This document shows positions 55,971 through 64,000 of a DNA stretch of 64,000 nt, one piece after another; within the stretch, counting starts at the first letter, position 1; each line of letters opens with the position of its first letter. Position numbers and translations under genes: made by a program. Source of the DNA: a virus (lineage: Duplodnaviria; Caudoviricetes); the IMG/VR virus record IMGVR_UViG_3300036660_000031, positions 9,148-73,147 of that record. One strand, 5' to 3'. Under the pieces are notes generated by a model. The model saw only the letters and a program-made list of their open reading frames with translations, made no database searches and was not told where the DNA came from.

Positions 55971-55990
55971 GCTCCTGTCGTCGCTTATGA
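55971..55990 (+). promoter_or_regulatory. vRNAP hairpin promoter P3-like (imperfect stem)
   Basis: Template strand 5'-TC ATAA GCGAC GACA GGAGC-3'; same loop and spacing, two G-A mismatches. Confidence 0.55.
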
Positions 55991-56014
55991 AGTTCATTTA
56001 ACTAAGGAAAATCC

Positions 56015-56377
56015 ATGAAGAAACTCAACTTAATCATTGCTGGTGGTCGTGATTTCAACGACTATCCAACGTTAGAGAATGCTATGAAAGTAGTTAATTC
56101 TATGCACCCAGACACTGAGATAACCATCATCAGTGGCTGTGCTCGTGGAGCAGATCATCTAGGTCTGCTCTATGCAACCCAGTATGGCCTTGCAGCAATA
56201 AGAATGCCTGCTGACTGGGATCAACAAGGTAAACGTGCTGGCTTTATTCGCAATGCAACTATGGCTAGAGAAGCAGATGCTTTACTAGCATTCTGGGATG
56301 GTGAAAGCAAAGGCACTTATCACATGATTAGCTGCATGAACGACCTTCAAAAACAAACAATACTTGTCAGATATTAA
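56015..56377 (+). CDS. DUF2493/YspA-like SLOG family protein
   Basis: IIAGGRDFNDY, IISGCARGAD, AGFIRN..MA, AFWDGESKGT. Confidence 0.9.
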   Translation: MKKLNLIIAGGRDFNDYPTLENAMKVVNSMHPDTEITIISGCARGADHLGLLYATQYGLAAIRMPADWDQQGKRAGFIRNATMAREADALLAFWDGESKGTYHMISCMNDLQKQTILVRY

Positions 56378-56379
56378 AA

Positions 56380-56634
56380 ATGAAATGCAATCAATGCTCT
56401 GCTTGCTGCATTGAAATCTCCATCTCTTCAGCAATTCCCGGTATGCCTAACGGGAAGAAAGCTGGAGAGCCTTGTGTAAATTTAACCAACAACCTCTGTT
56501 CAATATTTGGACAGAGCAATCGACCAAGTGTCTGTTCTAGCTTCCAAGCTAGTCTTGACACTTGTGGAGCTACATACGAAATCTCTGCCCAGAAAATTCA
56601 CTGGATGGAATATAAAACTCAACCGAGGAATTGA
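56380..56634 (+). CDS. YkgJ-family cysteine-cluster (Zn/Fe-S) protein
   Basis: CNQCSACC, ISSAIPGMPNGKKAGEPC, LCSIFG..RPSVC. Confidence 0.85.
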   Translation: MKCNQCSACCIEISISSAIPGMPNGKKAGEPCVNLTNNLCSIFGQSNRPSVCSSFQASLDTCGATYEISAQKIHWMEYKTQPRN

Positions 56635-56635
56635 A

Positions 56636-56917
56636 ATGCTTACCTTAGAAGAATTTGTCAAATACATCAACAAACTTGCCTTGCATGATTGGTTCTTTGA
56701 TTATTCAGATGATCCTAGCGTCTGGAAAAGAGGCAATGCAAGTCATAGGCAACTTGTTGAAGAGGCAGCAAAACATCCCGTATTAGCTCAAGCATTAGAA
56801 GCTTGGGAAGAATACGTACTCAGTGATGGCAGAAGTCCTAGTGGTCTTCAGGCAAAAGAAAACATCATTTTGATGCTACGTAATCAAATCAGCGAACCAT
56901 TACGTAATTTCGGCTGA
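56636..56917 (+). CDS. hypothetical phage protein
   Basis: LHDWFFDYSDDPSVWKRG motif; SD GAGG. Confidence 0.65.
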   Translation: MLTLEEFVKYINKLALHDWFFDYSDDPSVWKRGNASHRQLVEEAAKHPVLAQALEAWEEYVLSDGRSPSGLQAKENIILMLRNQISEPLRNFG

Positions 56918-56940
56918 ACCAAACTAACGAAGGTGCTTAA

Positions 56941-57075
56941 ATGACAAACTACTCTTTAGTACTGATTAACTCACAAGGATCAGTACCTAAATGGAGACTC
57001 CTTCAAAGAGCCTTCATCTTAAAACATCTGTCTTTCATCCAATACTTTGTAGCTCTATTAGCTATTGAAGAGTAA
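56941..57075 (+). CDS. small hypothetical protein (44 aa)
   Basis: SD AAGG; own translation MTNYSLVLINSQG.. Confidence 0.4.
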   Translation: MTNYSLVLINSQGSVPKWRLLQRAFILKHLSFIQYFVALLAIEE

Positions 57076-57104
57076 GTACAACATTAACTAACTTAGGAGA
57101 AAGT

Positions 57105-57605
57105 ATGTCTTCATTCATCAAACCTATTGTTGGAGCCACAGTTGACTACTGGCCTAACACAACTGATACAGTGAACCAAAGATACTTAGCAACTATCTGC
57201 CGTGTAGATGACTATAACAATGTCGATCTTAATATTGAATATGCTGATGATAGCCATCAATACATCTACAAAGTACCTGTACTCAAGAATGGTAATGTCA
57301 TGCCTGTGAACTACGGTGCTTATGCTACATGGCTTGACCAGCCAGAAATAGCACAGAACACCAAAGGTGTCTCATTCAGCCATGCTTTAAAGAACTTAAA
57401 AGCTGGCTTTCAAGTTTATCGCTCAGGCTGGCATACTCAAGAATGGCTTGAATTACAAACGCCTGACGAGAATAGCAAGATGAGTGAGCCATACATATTC
57501 ATCGTAAATGCATGTGGAACACATTATGGTAATTCCAAACCAAAGCGTGTTCCTTATGTGTTATCACACGCTGACGTGCTTGCAGAAGATTGGCACACTC
57601 AGTAA
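57105..57605 (+). CDS. N-terminal beta domain fused to DUF2829 (Tad2-like) domain
   Basis: SFSHALKNLKAGFQVYRSGW..WLELQ.PDENSKMSEPYIFI..VPY..SHADVLAEDW. Confidence 0.8.
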   Translation: MSSFIKPIVGATVDYWPNTTDTVNQRYLATICRVDDYNNVDLNIEYADDSHQYIYKVPVLKNGNVMPVNYGAYATWLDQPEIAQNTKGVSFSHALKNLKAGFQVYRSGWHTQEWLELQTPDENSKMSEPYIFIVNACGTHYGNSKPKRVPYVLSHADVLAEDWHTQ

Positions 57606-57619
57606 TTAAGTAAACAAAC

Positions 57620-57641
57620 AGCCCCAGAAATGGGGCTTTTT
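57620..57641 (+). terminator. rho-independent terminator
   Basis: AGCCCCA-GAAA-TGGGGCT TTTT. Confidence 0.8.
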
Positions 57642-57658
57642 AACGTCTGGAGATAGTC

Positions 57659-57967
57659 ATGAAATACGATCTACCCACTGAACCAACCCAAGTAATGCTC
57701 AAAGCAGCTACTACCTACAGCAATCAATGCCATGCTTTGCATATGGTTCCTAGTGGTAAAGGTTACTACGAAGCTATGGTCAAAGCTCAAATCGAAGATA
57801 TTAAAGCTGACTGGCGTAGCAAAGGATTTTACGAAAGTAATAAACCTTGTTGCATCTGTGGCAGTACAGACAAGATTGGCATTGAACCTCGGTTCAACTA
57901 CTCAGTATGTGAACAACATTCCAAACTTTCACCTGTACAAGTTACCTACAGGACAGTAAAGAAATGA
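57659..57967 (+). CDS. hypothetical protein with C-terminal Cys cluster
   Basis: SD GGAG; CCICG..CEQH. Confidence 0.6.
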   Translation: MKYDLPTEPTQVMLKAATTYSNQCHALHMVPSGKGYYEAMVKAQIEDIKADWRSKGFYESNKPCCICGSTDKIGIEPRFNYSVCEQHSKLSPVQVTYRTVKK

Positions 57968-58176
57968 ACTGCGTACATTGCCAACTACCCATCAAGTTAA
58001 CACCCACTGCTGCTGAACGTGCAGCATCTGACCCAACTGGTAAGACTGCTGCTTACTATGAAAGCCTCTTTGACTACCACGCTAGTTGCACTATATTGTT
58101 GCGTAAACAATCTATTAAGGAACTATTAAATGAAACTCAACGAACAAGAGTTGGAACTGATATACGCACTGCGTAG
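57964..58176 (+). CDS. small Cys/His early protein
   Basis: CVHC..LTPTAAERAA...LFDYHASC; coupled to upstream gene. Confidence 0.6.
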   Translation: MNCVHCQLPIKLTPTAAERAASDPTGKTAAYYESLFDYHASCTILLRKQSIKELLNETQRTRVGTDIRTA

Positions 58177-58315
58177 TACAGCCGACCGCATAGAAACAGG
58201 TGCATGGGTATTGGAACGCAATACTAACAAGCATCTGTTTATCGACGTTAACACAGGCGGTGTAATACAAAAATTCACCATCATTATGGATATTGCTCAC
58301 TTTAGGGAGAAATGA
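58130..58315 (+). CDS. hypothetical protein
   Basis: SD AAGGA. Confidence 0.5.
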   Translation: MKLNEQELELIYALRSTADRIETGAWVLERNTNKHLFIDVNTGGVIQKFTIIMDIAHFREK

Positions 58316-58316
58316 A

Positions 58317-58484
58317 ATGATTGCCCGTAGAGAAAACACTAACAAGCTCTTGTTTACCTTCATGATCTTTCTAGTGCTCTTTACAGGCACTGGAATGTAT
58401 GTAGCTAAGGGTTATACACAAGAAATAGATCAGTTTAAAAAGAAAGAAACAAATGATCAAACCTCTTTACCTTATACGGCATAA
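58317..58484 (+). CDS. small membrane protein
   Basis: One hydrophobic segment; SD GGAG. Confidence 0.5.
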   Translation: MIARRENTNKLLFTFMIFLVLFTGTGMYVAKGYTQEIDQFKKKETNDQTSLPYTA

Positions 58485-58788
58485 ACCAACTGGTTTCTAC
58501 ATGCCTGAACCAACAGGTCATCTAAAAAGAGGCTCTAGCTTTTGGGAACCAAAAGAACAAGCCGAACAACCACGTATCTTCATAAGTGAACGATCAGCTA
58601 AAGCTGCATTGGTTCAATGGCTACGTGGTGAACACCATCCTGTATGGGAATACGAAGGAACAGCTTCCTATACAGCCGGTGCCGAAGTACGTTCCGTAGA
58701 ACATCGTCGCAAGGAGGACATGGAAGTATTAACTGTCTATTTAACACTCAACCCATGCTCTGCATTGGGCCTATTTCCTGGAGCTTAA
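58453..58788 (+). CDS. hypothetical phage protein
   Basis: LYLIRHKPTGFYMP..PRIF..ERSAKAALVQW pattern. Confidence 0.6.
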   Translation: MIKPLYLIRHKPTGFYMPEPTGHLKRGSSFWEPKEQAEQPRIFISERSAKAALVQWLRGEHHPVWEYEGTASYTAGAEVRSVEHRRKEDMEVLTVYLTLNPCSALGLFPGA

Positions 58789-58964
58789 TGATGTGCATTA
58801 CGCCAACCAGAATGATCACCATAAGAATCACTCTTGAGTATTCAGACAAACCATCAATAACTTTTGACAAAGTAGTTTTTGAAGCTAATGCTGAATTGGT
58901 TATAGAACAATACAGAGATGTGAATCAAACAATTAAAGCAACTTACGTTGTTAAAAGGCAATGA
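58788..58964 (+). CDS. hypothetical protein
   Basis: Coupled start (TAATG); fills the gap. Confidence 0.35.
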   Translation: MMCITPTRMITIRITLEYSDKPSITFDKVVFEANAELVIEQYRDVNQTIKATYVVKRQ

Positions 58965-58965
58965 A

Positions 58966-59340
58966 ATGATCTTTGTATTTGGTTCTAATCTGGCTGGCAT
59001 TCACGGTGCTGGTGCAGCTAAGTTCGCACTCAACGAACGTGGTGCTATCTGGGGTAGAGGCTATGGCTTTCAAGGCACTAGCTTCGCTATCCCTACCAAA
59101 GATGGTCGTATTCAAACACTACCACCTCACAGAGTTGTTCATTACGTCCGAGCATTCATCACTGAAGCTGAAAGATGCAATGAAGAAGTCTTCCAAGTAA
59201 CTCGTATAGGCTGTGGCCTAGCTGGTTATACAGATGCAATGATTGCACCTCTGTTCGCTAAAGCACCCCTTAACTGTCTATTCGACACTGCTTGGCAACC
59301 CATACTGGGTGACGAGCACATGTACTGGGGAACTCTATAA
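58966..59340 (+). CDS. N4 gp14/A1S_2505-like macro-domain-related protein
   Basis: IFVFGSNLAGIHGAGAA, FAIPTK, FQVTRIGCGLAGY..IAPLF. Confidence 0.8.
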   Translation: MIFVFGSNLAGIHGAGAAKFALNERGAIWGRGYGFQGTSFAIPTKDGRIQTLPPHRVVHYVRAFITEAERCNEEVFQVTRIGCGLAGYTDAMIAPLFAKAPLNCLFDTAWQPILGDEHMYWGTL

Positions 59341-59367
59341 CGCTAGTTAATACACCAAGGAACCAAC

Positions 59368-60183
59368 ATGTCCAAGCTAACTGATAAAGACTTACTGCAA
59401 TCAACACTAGAAGACTTGTTCGACAAGCATCAATTGATACCACGTATCAAGCAAGAGATGCAGAACATTGCACAGTTCACTGAAGTGATGGAACAACACA
59501 ACATTGATCCTAAGTTCGGTATTGATTTGCTCACACATATGGCTATCCAAAGGCGTTGCAAAATCAACGTATTGGTAGGCATTCTGCGTCACCACTATCA
59601 AGACTCACAGCGTACTGCTGATGAAATCTGCAAGTGTGCTGATGCTGATCTTGTGGACTTTGATCCTCGTATTGGACTATTGATAACGATAGCTCAAGTA
59701 AGCTCTGAACTTCAAATAGAGATTGACAAGTACCAATACCCACTGCCTATGGTAGTGGCACCTGAAGTCATTAAAGACAATGATCACAATGGCTATCGCA
59801 TCAATAAGTTTGGTTCTGTCATTCTCAAGGACAACCAGACTGATGATGATGTGTGCCTAGATCACCTTAACCGTTGCAATGCAATGGCCCTGACTATCAA
59901 TCAGGAAGTCATGACTATGGTTAGGAACCAATGGAAGAACCTCGACAAGCCTAAAGATGGTGAATCATTGGAAGAGTACCGTAAGCGAGTCAAAGCATTT
60001 GAGAAGTATGACCGTACTTCCCGTGATGTGATGAAGCTTCTGCTGAGTGAGGGTAACGAACTCTATCTCACTCATAAGTATGACAAGCGTGGCCGTACCT
60101 ACTGCCAAGGCTATCAAGTCACTTACCAAGGTAATGCTTGGAACAAAGCCGTTGTAGAGTTTTCAAACAAGGAACTGATATGA
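59368..60183 (+). CDS. RNA polymerase II subunit 1 (N4 gp15-like)
   Basis: YQYPLPMVVAP, DDVCLDHLN, YLTHKYDKRGRTYCQGY. Confidence 0.92.
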   Translation: MSKLTDKDLLQSTLEDLFDKHQLIPRIKQEMQNIAQFTEVMEQHNIDPKFGIDLLTHMAIQRRCKINVLVGILRHHYQDSQRTADEICKCADADLVDFDPRIGLLITIAQVSSELQIEIDKYQYPLPMVVAPEVIKDNDHNGYRINKFGSVILKDNQTDDDVCLDHLNRCNAMALTINQEVMTMVRNQWKNLDKPKDGESLEEYRKRVKAFEKYDRTSRDVMKLLLSEGNELYLTHKYDKRGRTYCQGYQVTYQGNAWNKAVVEFSNKELI

Positions 60184-60401
60184 AACACACATCAAACACC
60201 TTTGAAGTAGGTGAAACTGTTATTGCTACTGGCTGGTACAACTGGAGTATCACCAGTGGTAAAGAGTACACCGTAACTAAGTACCAACCTGAAATGCGTG
60301 AAGAAACCTTTACATGGCCTGCCTATGTCACTGTCATAGATGACACAGGTAAGCCACTGACAGGTCACACATACAGGTTCAAGAAGAAGGAACTAGTATG
60401 A
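60180..60401 (+). CDS. small hypothetical protein between RNAP II subunits
   Basis: ATGA-coupled to gp15. Confidence 0.6.
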   Translation: MKHTSNTFEVGETVIATGWYNWSITSGKEYTVTKYQPEMREETFTWPAYVTVIDDTGKPLTGHTYRFKKKELV

Positions 60402-60589
60402 GCACGCTGCCTGAATGGTTAGAAATCACTCTCGCAATACTCTTTGTATTGTGGACTATCAAAATAGCTACGCAACTCATGTGCGTAATATTGCTTGATA
60501 AGGAAGCTTTCAACCCTAATAGTGCTCCAGAAGTAATTCTCTGGACAGTCCTACTCATAGCACTCACCTGCTATTTGTCTTTCACTTAA
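60398..60589 (+). CDS. small two-TM membrane protein
   Basis: Two hydrophobic helices; coupled start. Confidence 0.55.
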   Translation: MSTLPEWLEITLAILFVLWTIKIATQLMCVILLDKEAFNPNSAPEVILWTVLLIALTCYLSFT

Positions 60590-60612
60590 TCAACAACCAC
60601 TAGGAGTTAGTC

Positions 60613-61827
60613 ATGCAAACCTTTACACCCCGTGAATACCTCAAAATTGATATTGCCAACTCCTTTGGTTTAGACAAAAAGGATTGGGACGAGCGTATTG
60701 CTTGGTTCGATAAGAACGAGCACAACCTGCTTGATCAAATCAAACAAGCTGACACTCCTGCTTTATATTACGCTGGCGTTATGGCATGGCGTGATGTGAA
60801 CCAAGGCAAACCAAGTGGTTACCCAATCTCATTGGATGGCTGCTCATCAGGTCTGCAACTGCTAGCTTGCCTTACTGGTGACATGGAAGCTGCAAAGCTT
60901 TGTGGTGTTATCAGCACAGGTCATCGTGAAGATGCTTACAGCATCATTTACAAAGCAATGCTTGACGCATGTGATACCTCTAACAATGTCACTCGTGACA
61001 TGTGCAAGAGTGCAATCATGACTGCGTTGTATGGCTCTACTGCTATACCCAGAGAAGTTTTTGGTGAAGGCGAACTGTTGAGCATCTTTTACAAAACGAT
61101 GTCTGACAATGCTCCCTATGCTTGGAACCTAAACACAATGTTCCAAGAAATGTGGGATGACACCGTATCCATACATTCATGGGTACTGCCTGACAACTTC
61201 CATGTACATGTGAAAGTACAGAGCAAAGTGGAAGAAACATTCCACTATCTTGAGCAACCTTATGAAGTAACTTACTACGTCAATGCACCTAGTGCTGAAG
61301 GTCGTAGTCTTGGAGCCAACACCATTCACTCAGTGGATGGTTTAGTAGTTCGTGAAATGAACCGTCGCTGCAACTACGATAGTGTCGTTGTTTACAACGC
61401 ACTTGAAGCTGTAGTTCAGCATGGCCGTGATGTAGCTGCTGAGCATCTGCTGGTGCCTGATGATAATACTGACATGCTGCTGACCTTGTGGGATCACTAC
61501 AAGGAAAGCGGTTATTTGTCTGCTCGTATCCTTGATCACATCACTGACTTCAATGCTCGTTATGTAGACCGTCAAGCGATCTTTGATCTCATTGACTCTC
61601 TGCCTAAGAAGCCATTTGAAATCCTGACAATCCATGATTGTTTCCGTTGCCTGCCATCCTATGCCAATGATCTTCGCAAGCAGTACAACCTGCAACTCGC
61701 ACTTATTGCCAAAAGCAAAATGCTGCAAACTATTTTGACGGGCGTGCTTAATAAGCCAATCGTTATGTATAAACCAAATCCAGATATGTGGAAACTCATT
61801 CTGGAAGCAGATTACTCGCTAAGTTGA
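60613..61827 (+). CDS. RNA polymerase II subunit 2 (N4 gp16-like)
   Basis: SLDGCSSGLQ (motif A), RDMCKSAIMTALYG (motif B), ANTIHSVDG, TIHDCF (motif C). Confidence 0.94.
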   Translation: MQTFTPREYLKIDIANSFGLDKKDWDERIAWFDKNEHNLLDQIKQADTPALYYAGVMAWRDVNQGKPSGYPISLDGCSSGLQLLACLTGDMEAAKLCGVISTGHREDAYSIIYKAMLDACDTSNNVTRDMCKSAIMTALYGSTAIPREVFGEGELLSIFYKTMSDNAPYAWNLNTMFQEMWDDTVSIHSWVLPDNFHVHVKVQSKVEETFHYLEQPYEVTYYVNAPSAEGRSLGANTIHSVDGLVVREMNRRCNYDSVVVYNALEAVVQHGRDVAAEHLLVPDDNTDMLLTLWDHYKESGYLSARILDHITDFNARYVDRQAIFDLIDSLPKKPFEILTIHDCFRCLPSYANDLRKQYNLQLALIAKSKMLQTILTGVLNKPIVMYKPNPDMWKLILEADYSLS

Positions 61828-61835
61828 TTAAAATG

Positions 61836-61877
61836 ACCACTTACTCCCCACAAGGGAGTAAGTGGTTTATTTTTTTA
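61836..61877 (+). terminator. rho-independent terminator
   Basis: 13-bp ACCACTTACTCCC/GGGAGTAAGTGGT stem followed by T-rich run. Confidence 0.85.
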
Positions 61878-61901
61878 TTTAACTCTTGAAAAGGTAATGA
61901 A

Positions 61902-62165
61902 ATGGCTGATAGAAACTTGGCATACAACCCACTAACTAAGGTTGCTCGCATACTTCCTAGTGCGACAGCAATGCCTGCTGGTTTTACCAATGCAGGTGTG
62001 ATTCATCATGAAGACCCAAATGATAACCACATCAAATTTGCTGTGAGTCACACACTATTCCAGCATGTGCAAGAACGACTGTATAAACAGTTTAGTGTTC
62101 AAGACATGGCTTCTGTGACTATCTTTGGTGGCCTTGCTGCCGCTGATCCTGTACTGGTAGAGTAA
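61902..62165 (+). CDS. capsid decoration protein, N4 gp17-like (short form)
   Basis: AYNPLTKVA...PAGFT..HTLFQHVQERLY; position after gp16. Confidence 0.6.
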   Translation: MADRNLAYNPLTKVARILPSATAMPAGFTNAGVIHHEDPNDNHIKFAVSHTLFQHVQERLYKQFSVQDMASVTIFGGLAAADPVLVE

Positions 62166-62173
62166 TCTACCGA

Positions 62174-62479
62174 TCAGCGATCCACTATTTTCAAGTAGAT
62201 GGATCGTTGATCTGTTCGGGTAGGCGTCACAATCGTGAAGAGCACCCTGTGAACTTTCCCCACAGTTCCACCTGAAATCAACAGAGACACAACCCCATCA
62301 GTAATAACAGGCTCACTTTGCTTTGCAAGTGTCCCTTCAACTGTGACTGTTGCACTGGCAATAGTGTCACCAACCTTAGCAAGCCAAACTTTCCAAGACT
62401 GTGAGTAATCCAAAGTAGCACCCACTGCTTTGATAATAGTGGGCTTGCTTGGGTCAGTAAGATCGTAAGACTTAGACAT
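62174..62479 (-). CDS. fibre-tail adaptor-like protein
   Basis: LDYSQSWKVWL..GDTIASAT..LLISGGTVG..T.T.RTDQRSI.LKI..R family pattern. Confidence 0.7.
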   Translation of the reverse strand: MSKSYDLTDPSKPTIIKAVGATLDYSQSWKVWLAKVGDTIASATVTVEGTLAKQSEPVITDGVVSLLISGGTVGKVHRVLFTIVTPTRTDQRSIYLKIVDR

Positions 62480-62493
62480 GATTAGGTTTTTTC

Positions 62494-63999
62494 TTAGGTA
62501 GGTGTGTCAATAACACGTTGTTCTGATTGAATATCCAGCATTCGCTGCTCAATTTCTATATACAGATTCCTGTCTTCTACAGGAACATGGTACATGCGGT
62601 ATTCACTATCCCTATAACTATTTAGCTGTATGTGCCCAAGAACTATAGCAAAACCAACAGACCTACCTTTACCTGATTTAATACTTCCAGCACGTCCAAC
62701 TATTACAGTCTTACCTGAAGCTGAACCAGCAGTGTCAAGTATGTTAGTGATCCTAGACTGAACCAATGCAGCACCGGCTGAGAAGCCATTGCCCTGCATG
62801 ATCACACCTAGTCTAGCAACAGTAGCAGACGATCCTTGAGACTGACCTTCAGCACCAACGACATACCCAGACTGACCAATTACTTCACTGGTTCCAATTG
62901 CTGAACCATCAGCAAAAGTGTCAACTGAATAGAAATCAAAACCGTATACAGTAGAACTACCGGCAGAACTACCTACAGCTTGCTTGGTATAAGCTGCCCT
63001 ACCACCGTTGGAAATAGCTATACCAGAGGCACTACCAGTTGCTTGGTTCAATGCACCAGAAGCACCCGTGCTCGTAGCCAAACTTGAAGCAAGACCTTCA
63101 GACTCAACAACATAACTGGTAGGAGCATTGGCTGTGCTGGTTCCTTGCGAAAGACCTGTGACTGCCTGCCTTGCACTGGCTTGACCGTTAGTAGTTGCAA
63201 TGCCAACTGAAGAACCTGAAACACTAATAAGAGTGGCTGTACTTGCACCACTATAACCATCAACTACAGCACTACCGTTAGATTGACCAGACGAGTAAAC
63301 ACGAGCACCACTGACAGCATTAACTGTAGCAATGCCTGCAACAGCACCCGTAGTAAGAAAGCGATTAGCTGAAGTACTGTTAGCAGTGGCACTACCTGCA
63401 TCTGTTCCAACAGTACTCAATATCTTAGCTGTAGCACCATTCGTAGTTGCACTAGCAACTGAACTACCCACAGAATCAACAGTACTGGATGATGGGCTGT
63501 TGGCAATAGCAACGCCTGACGATGCACCTGTAGCAGCCGAAATAACACTCGCATTGCTTGATACAGTAGCAGAACCTGCACTTGTGCCTGCTACCAAAGT
63601 AATAGCAAGAGAGCTAGCATTGGTAACGGCTATACCAGATGCAGAACCCACACCACCAAATTTATAAGCACTTTGACCAGCAATTGTGGCTACACCAGCA
63701 ACAGGTGAAGTAGCACCAGCAATTGAACTAGTGTTACCACTTGCAGTAGCAGAACTAGTATCAGAACCAACTGAACCAGTGATATATGTTGCTGTAGCTA
63801 AAGCAGTTGCTACACCTGTGGAAGCACCTGACGCATCGACAATAGTTCTTAAACTAGAATCACCGAGGACATCAGCAATACCTGTAGAAGCACCCGTTGC
63901 TTCAATGATATTTCCAGAAACGACCATAGCTGCCATCGACTCAGTGGCAATTACATTCCGTTCTGCTAACGTAGGAACATAGTTCTTCAGTAACGTGAT
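62494..63999 (-). CDS. Ala/Ser/Gly/Thr-rich repetitive fibre-like protein, 5' end beyond window
   Basis: Frame stays open upstream of ATG 63936 to the window edge (ITLLKNYVPTLAERNVIATES..); G-x-S/A-x-G repeats; C-terminal ..EDR..IE.EQR.. motif. Confidence 0.7.
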   Translation of the reverse strand: MTLLKNYVPTLAERNVIATESMAAMVVSGNIIEATGASTGIADVLGDSSLRTIVDASGASTGVATALATATYITGSVGSDTSSATASGNTSSIAGATSPVAGVATIAGQSAYKFGGVGSASGIAVTNASSLAITLVAGTSAGSATVSSNASVISAATGASSGVAIANSPSSSTVDSVGSSVASATTNGATAKILSTVGTDAGSATANSTSANRFLTTGAVAGIATVNAVSGARVYSSGQSNGSAVVDGYSGASTATLISVSGSSVGIATTNGQASARQAVTGLSQGTSTANAPTSYVVESEGLASSLATSTGASGALNQATGSASGIAISNGGRAAYTKQAVGSSAGSSTVYGFDFYSVDTFADGSAIGTSEVIGQSGYVVGAEGQSQGSSATVARLGVIMQGNGFSAGAALVQSRITNILDTAGSASGKTVIVGRAGSIKSGKGRSVGFAIVLGHIQLNSYRDSEYRMYHVPVEDRNLYIEIEQRMLDIQSEQRVIDTPT

Positions 64000-64000
64000 C

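Noticed and set aside
59368-61827. RNAP II split into two genes with inserted ORFs as a novelty
   Set aside because: The gp15/gp16 heterodimer is standard N4-like biology.
1-64000. Prophage or host-flanking DNA
   Set aside because: No integrase, repressor or bacterial housekeeping block; gene order is continuous N4-like across a permuted junction.

Overview
This is most of the genome of a lytic N4-like podophage (Schitoviridae) infecting a Gram-negative host. The window starts in the middle (replication/nucleotide) region and runs through gp25-like vWA, ThyX, rIIA/B, dUTPase, helicase, DNA polymerase, primase, SSB and a RuvC-like resolvase. It then crosses the minus-strand late block: a 3669-aa virion RNA polymerase, ejection proteins, capsid, portal, lysis genes, tail fibre and terminase. 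After the presumed terminal-repeat junction (about 53.6-54.5 kb) it enters the early region (gp1, gp2, RNAP II gp15/gp16, gp17), so the assembly is circularly permuted. N4 gp numbers are assigned from remembered synteny and motifs, not from a database search. Main unusual items: (1) The family A DNA polymerase is split between motif A and motif B into two ORFs 2.2 kb apart, with an intact class II ribonucleotide reductase, a Zn-ribbon ORF and two terminator-like hairpins in the gap and no homing endonuclease. (2) A tRNA-His-like RNA has a perfect acceptor stem (G-1:C73, CCA), D arm and T arm but a 6-nt non-canonical anticodon loop. (3) Three vRNAP-type hairpin promoters have 4-nt G(A/T)CA loops instead of the N4 GNA triloop. 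(4) A collagen-FN3-GH18-like tail fibre has an altered catalytic motif. (5) Two distant intergenic hairpins share sequence and G-U pairs. (6) The early region carries candidate anti-defence genes (Tad2/DUF2829 fusion, SLOG, macro-like, YkgJ).
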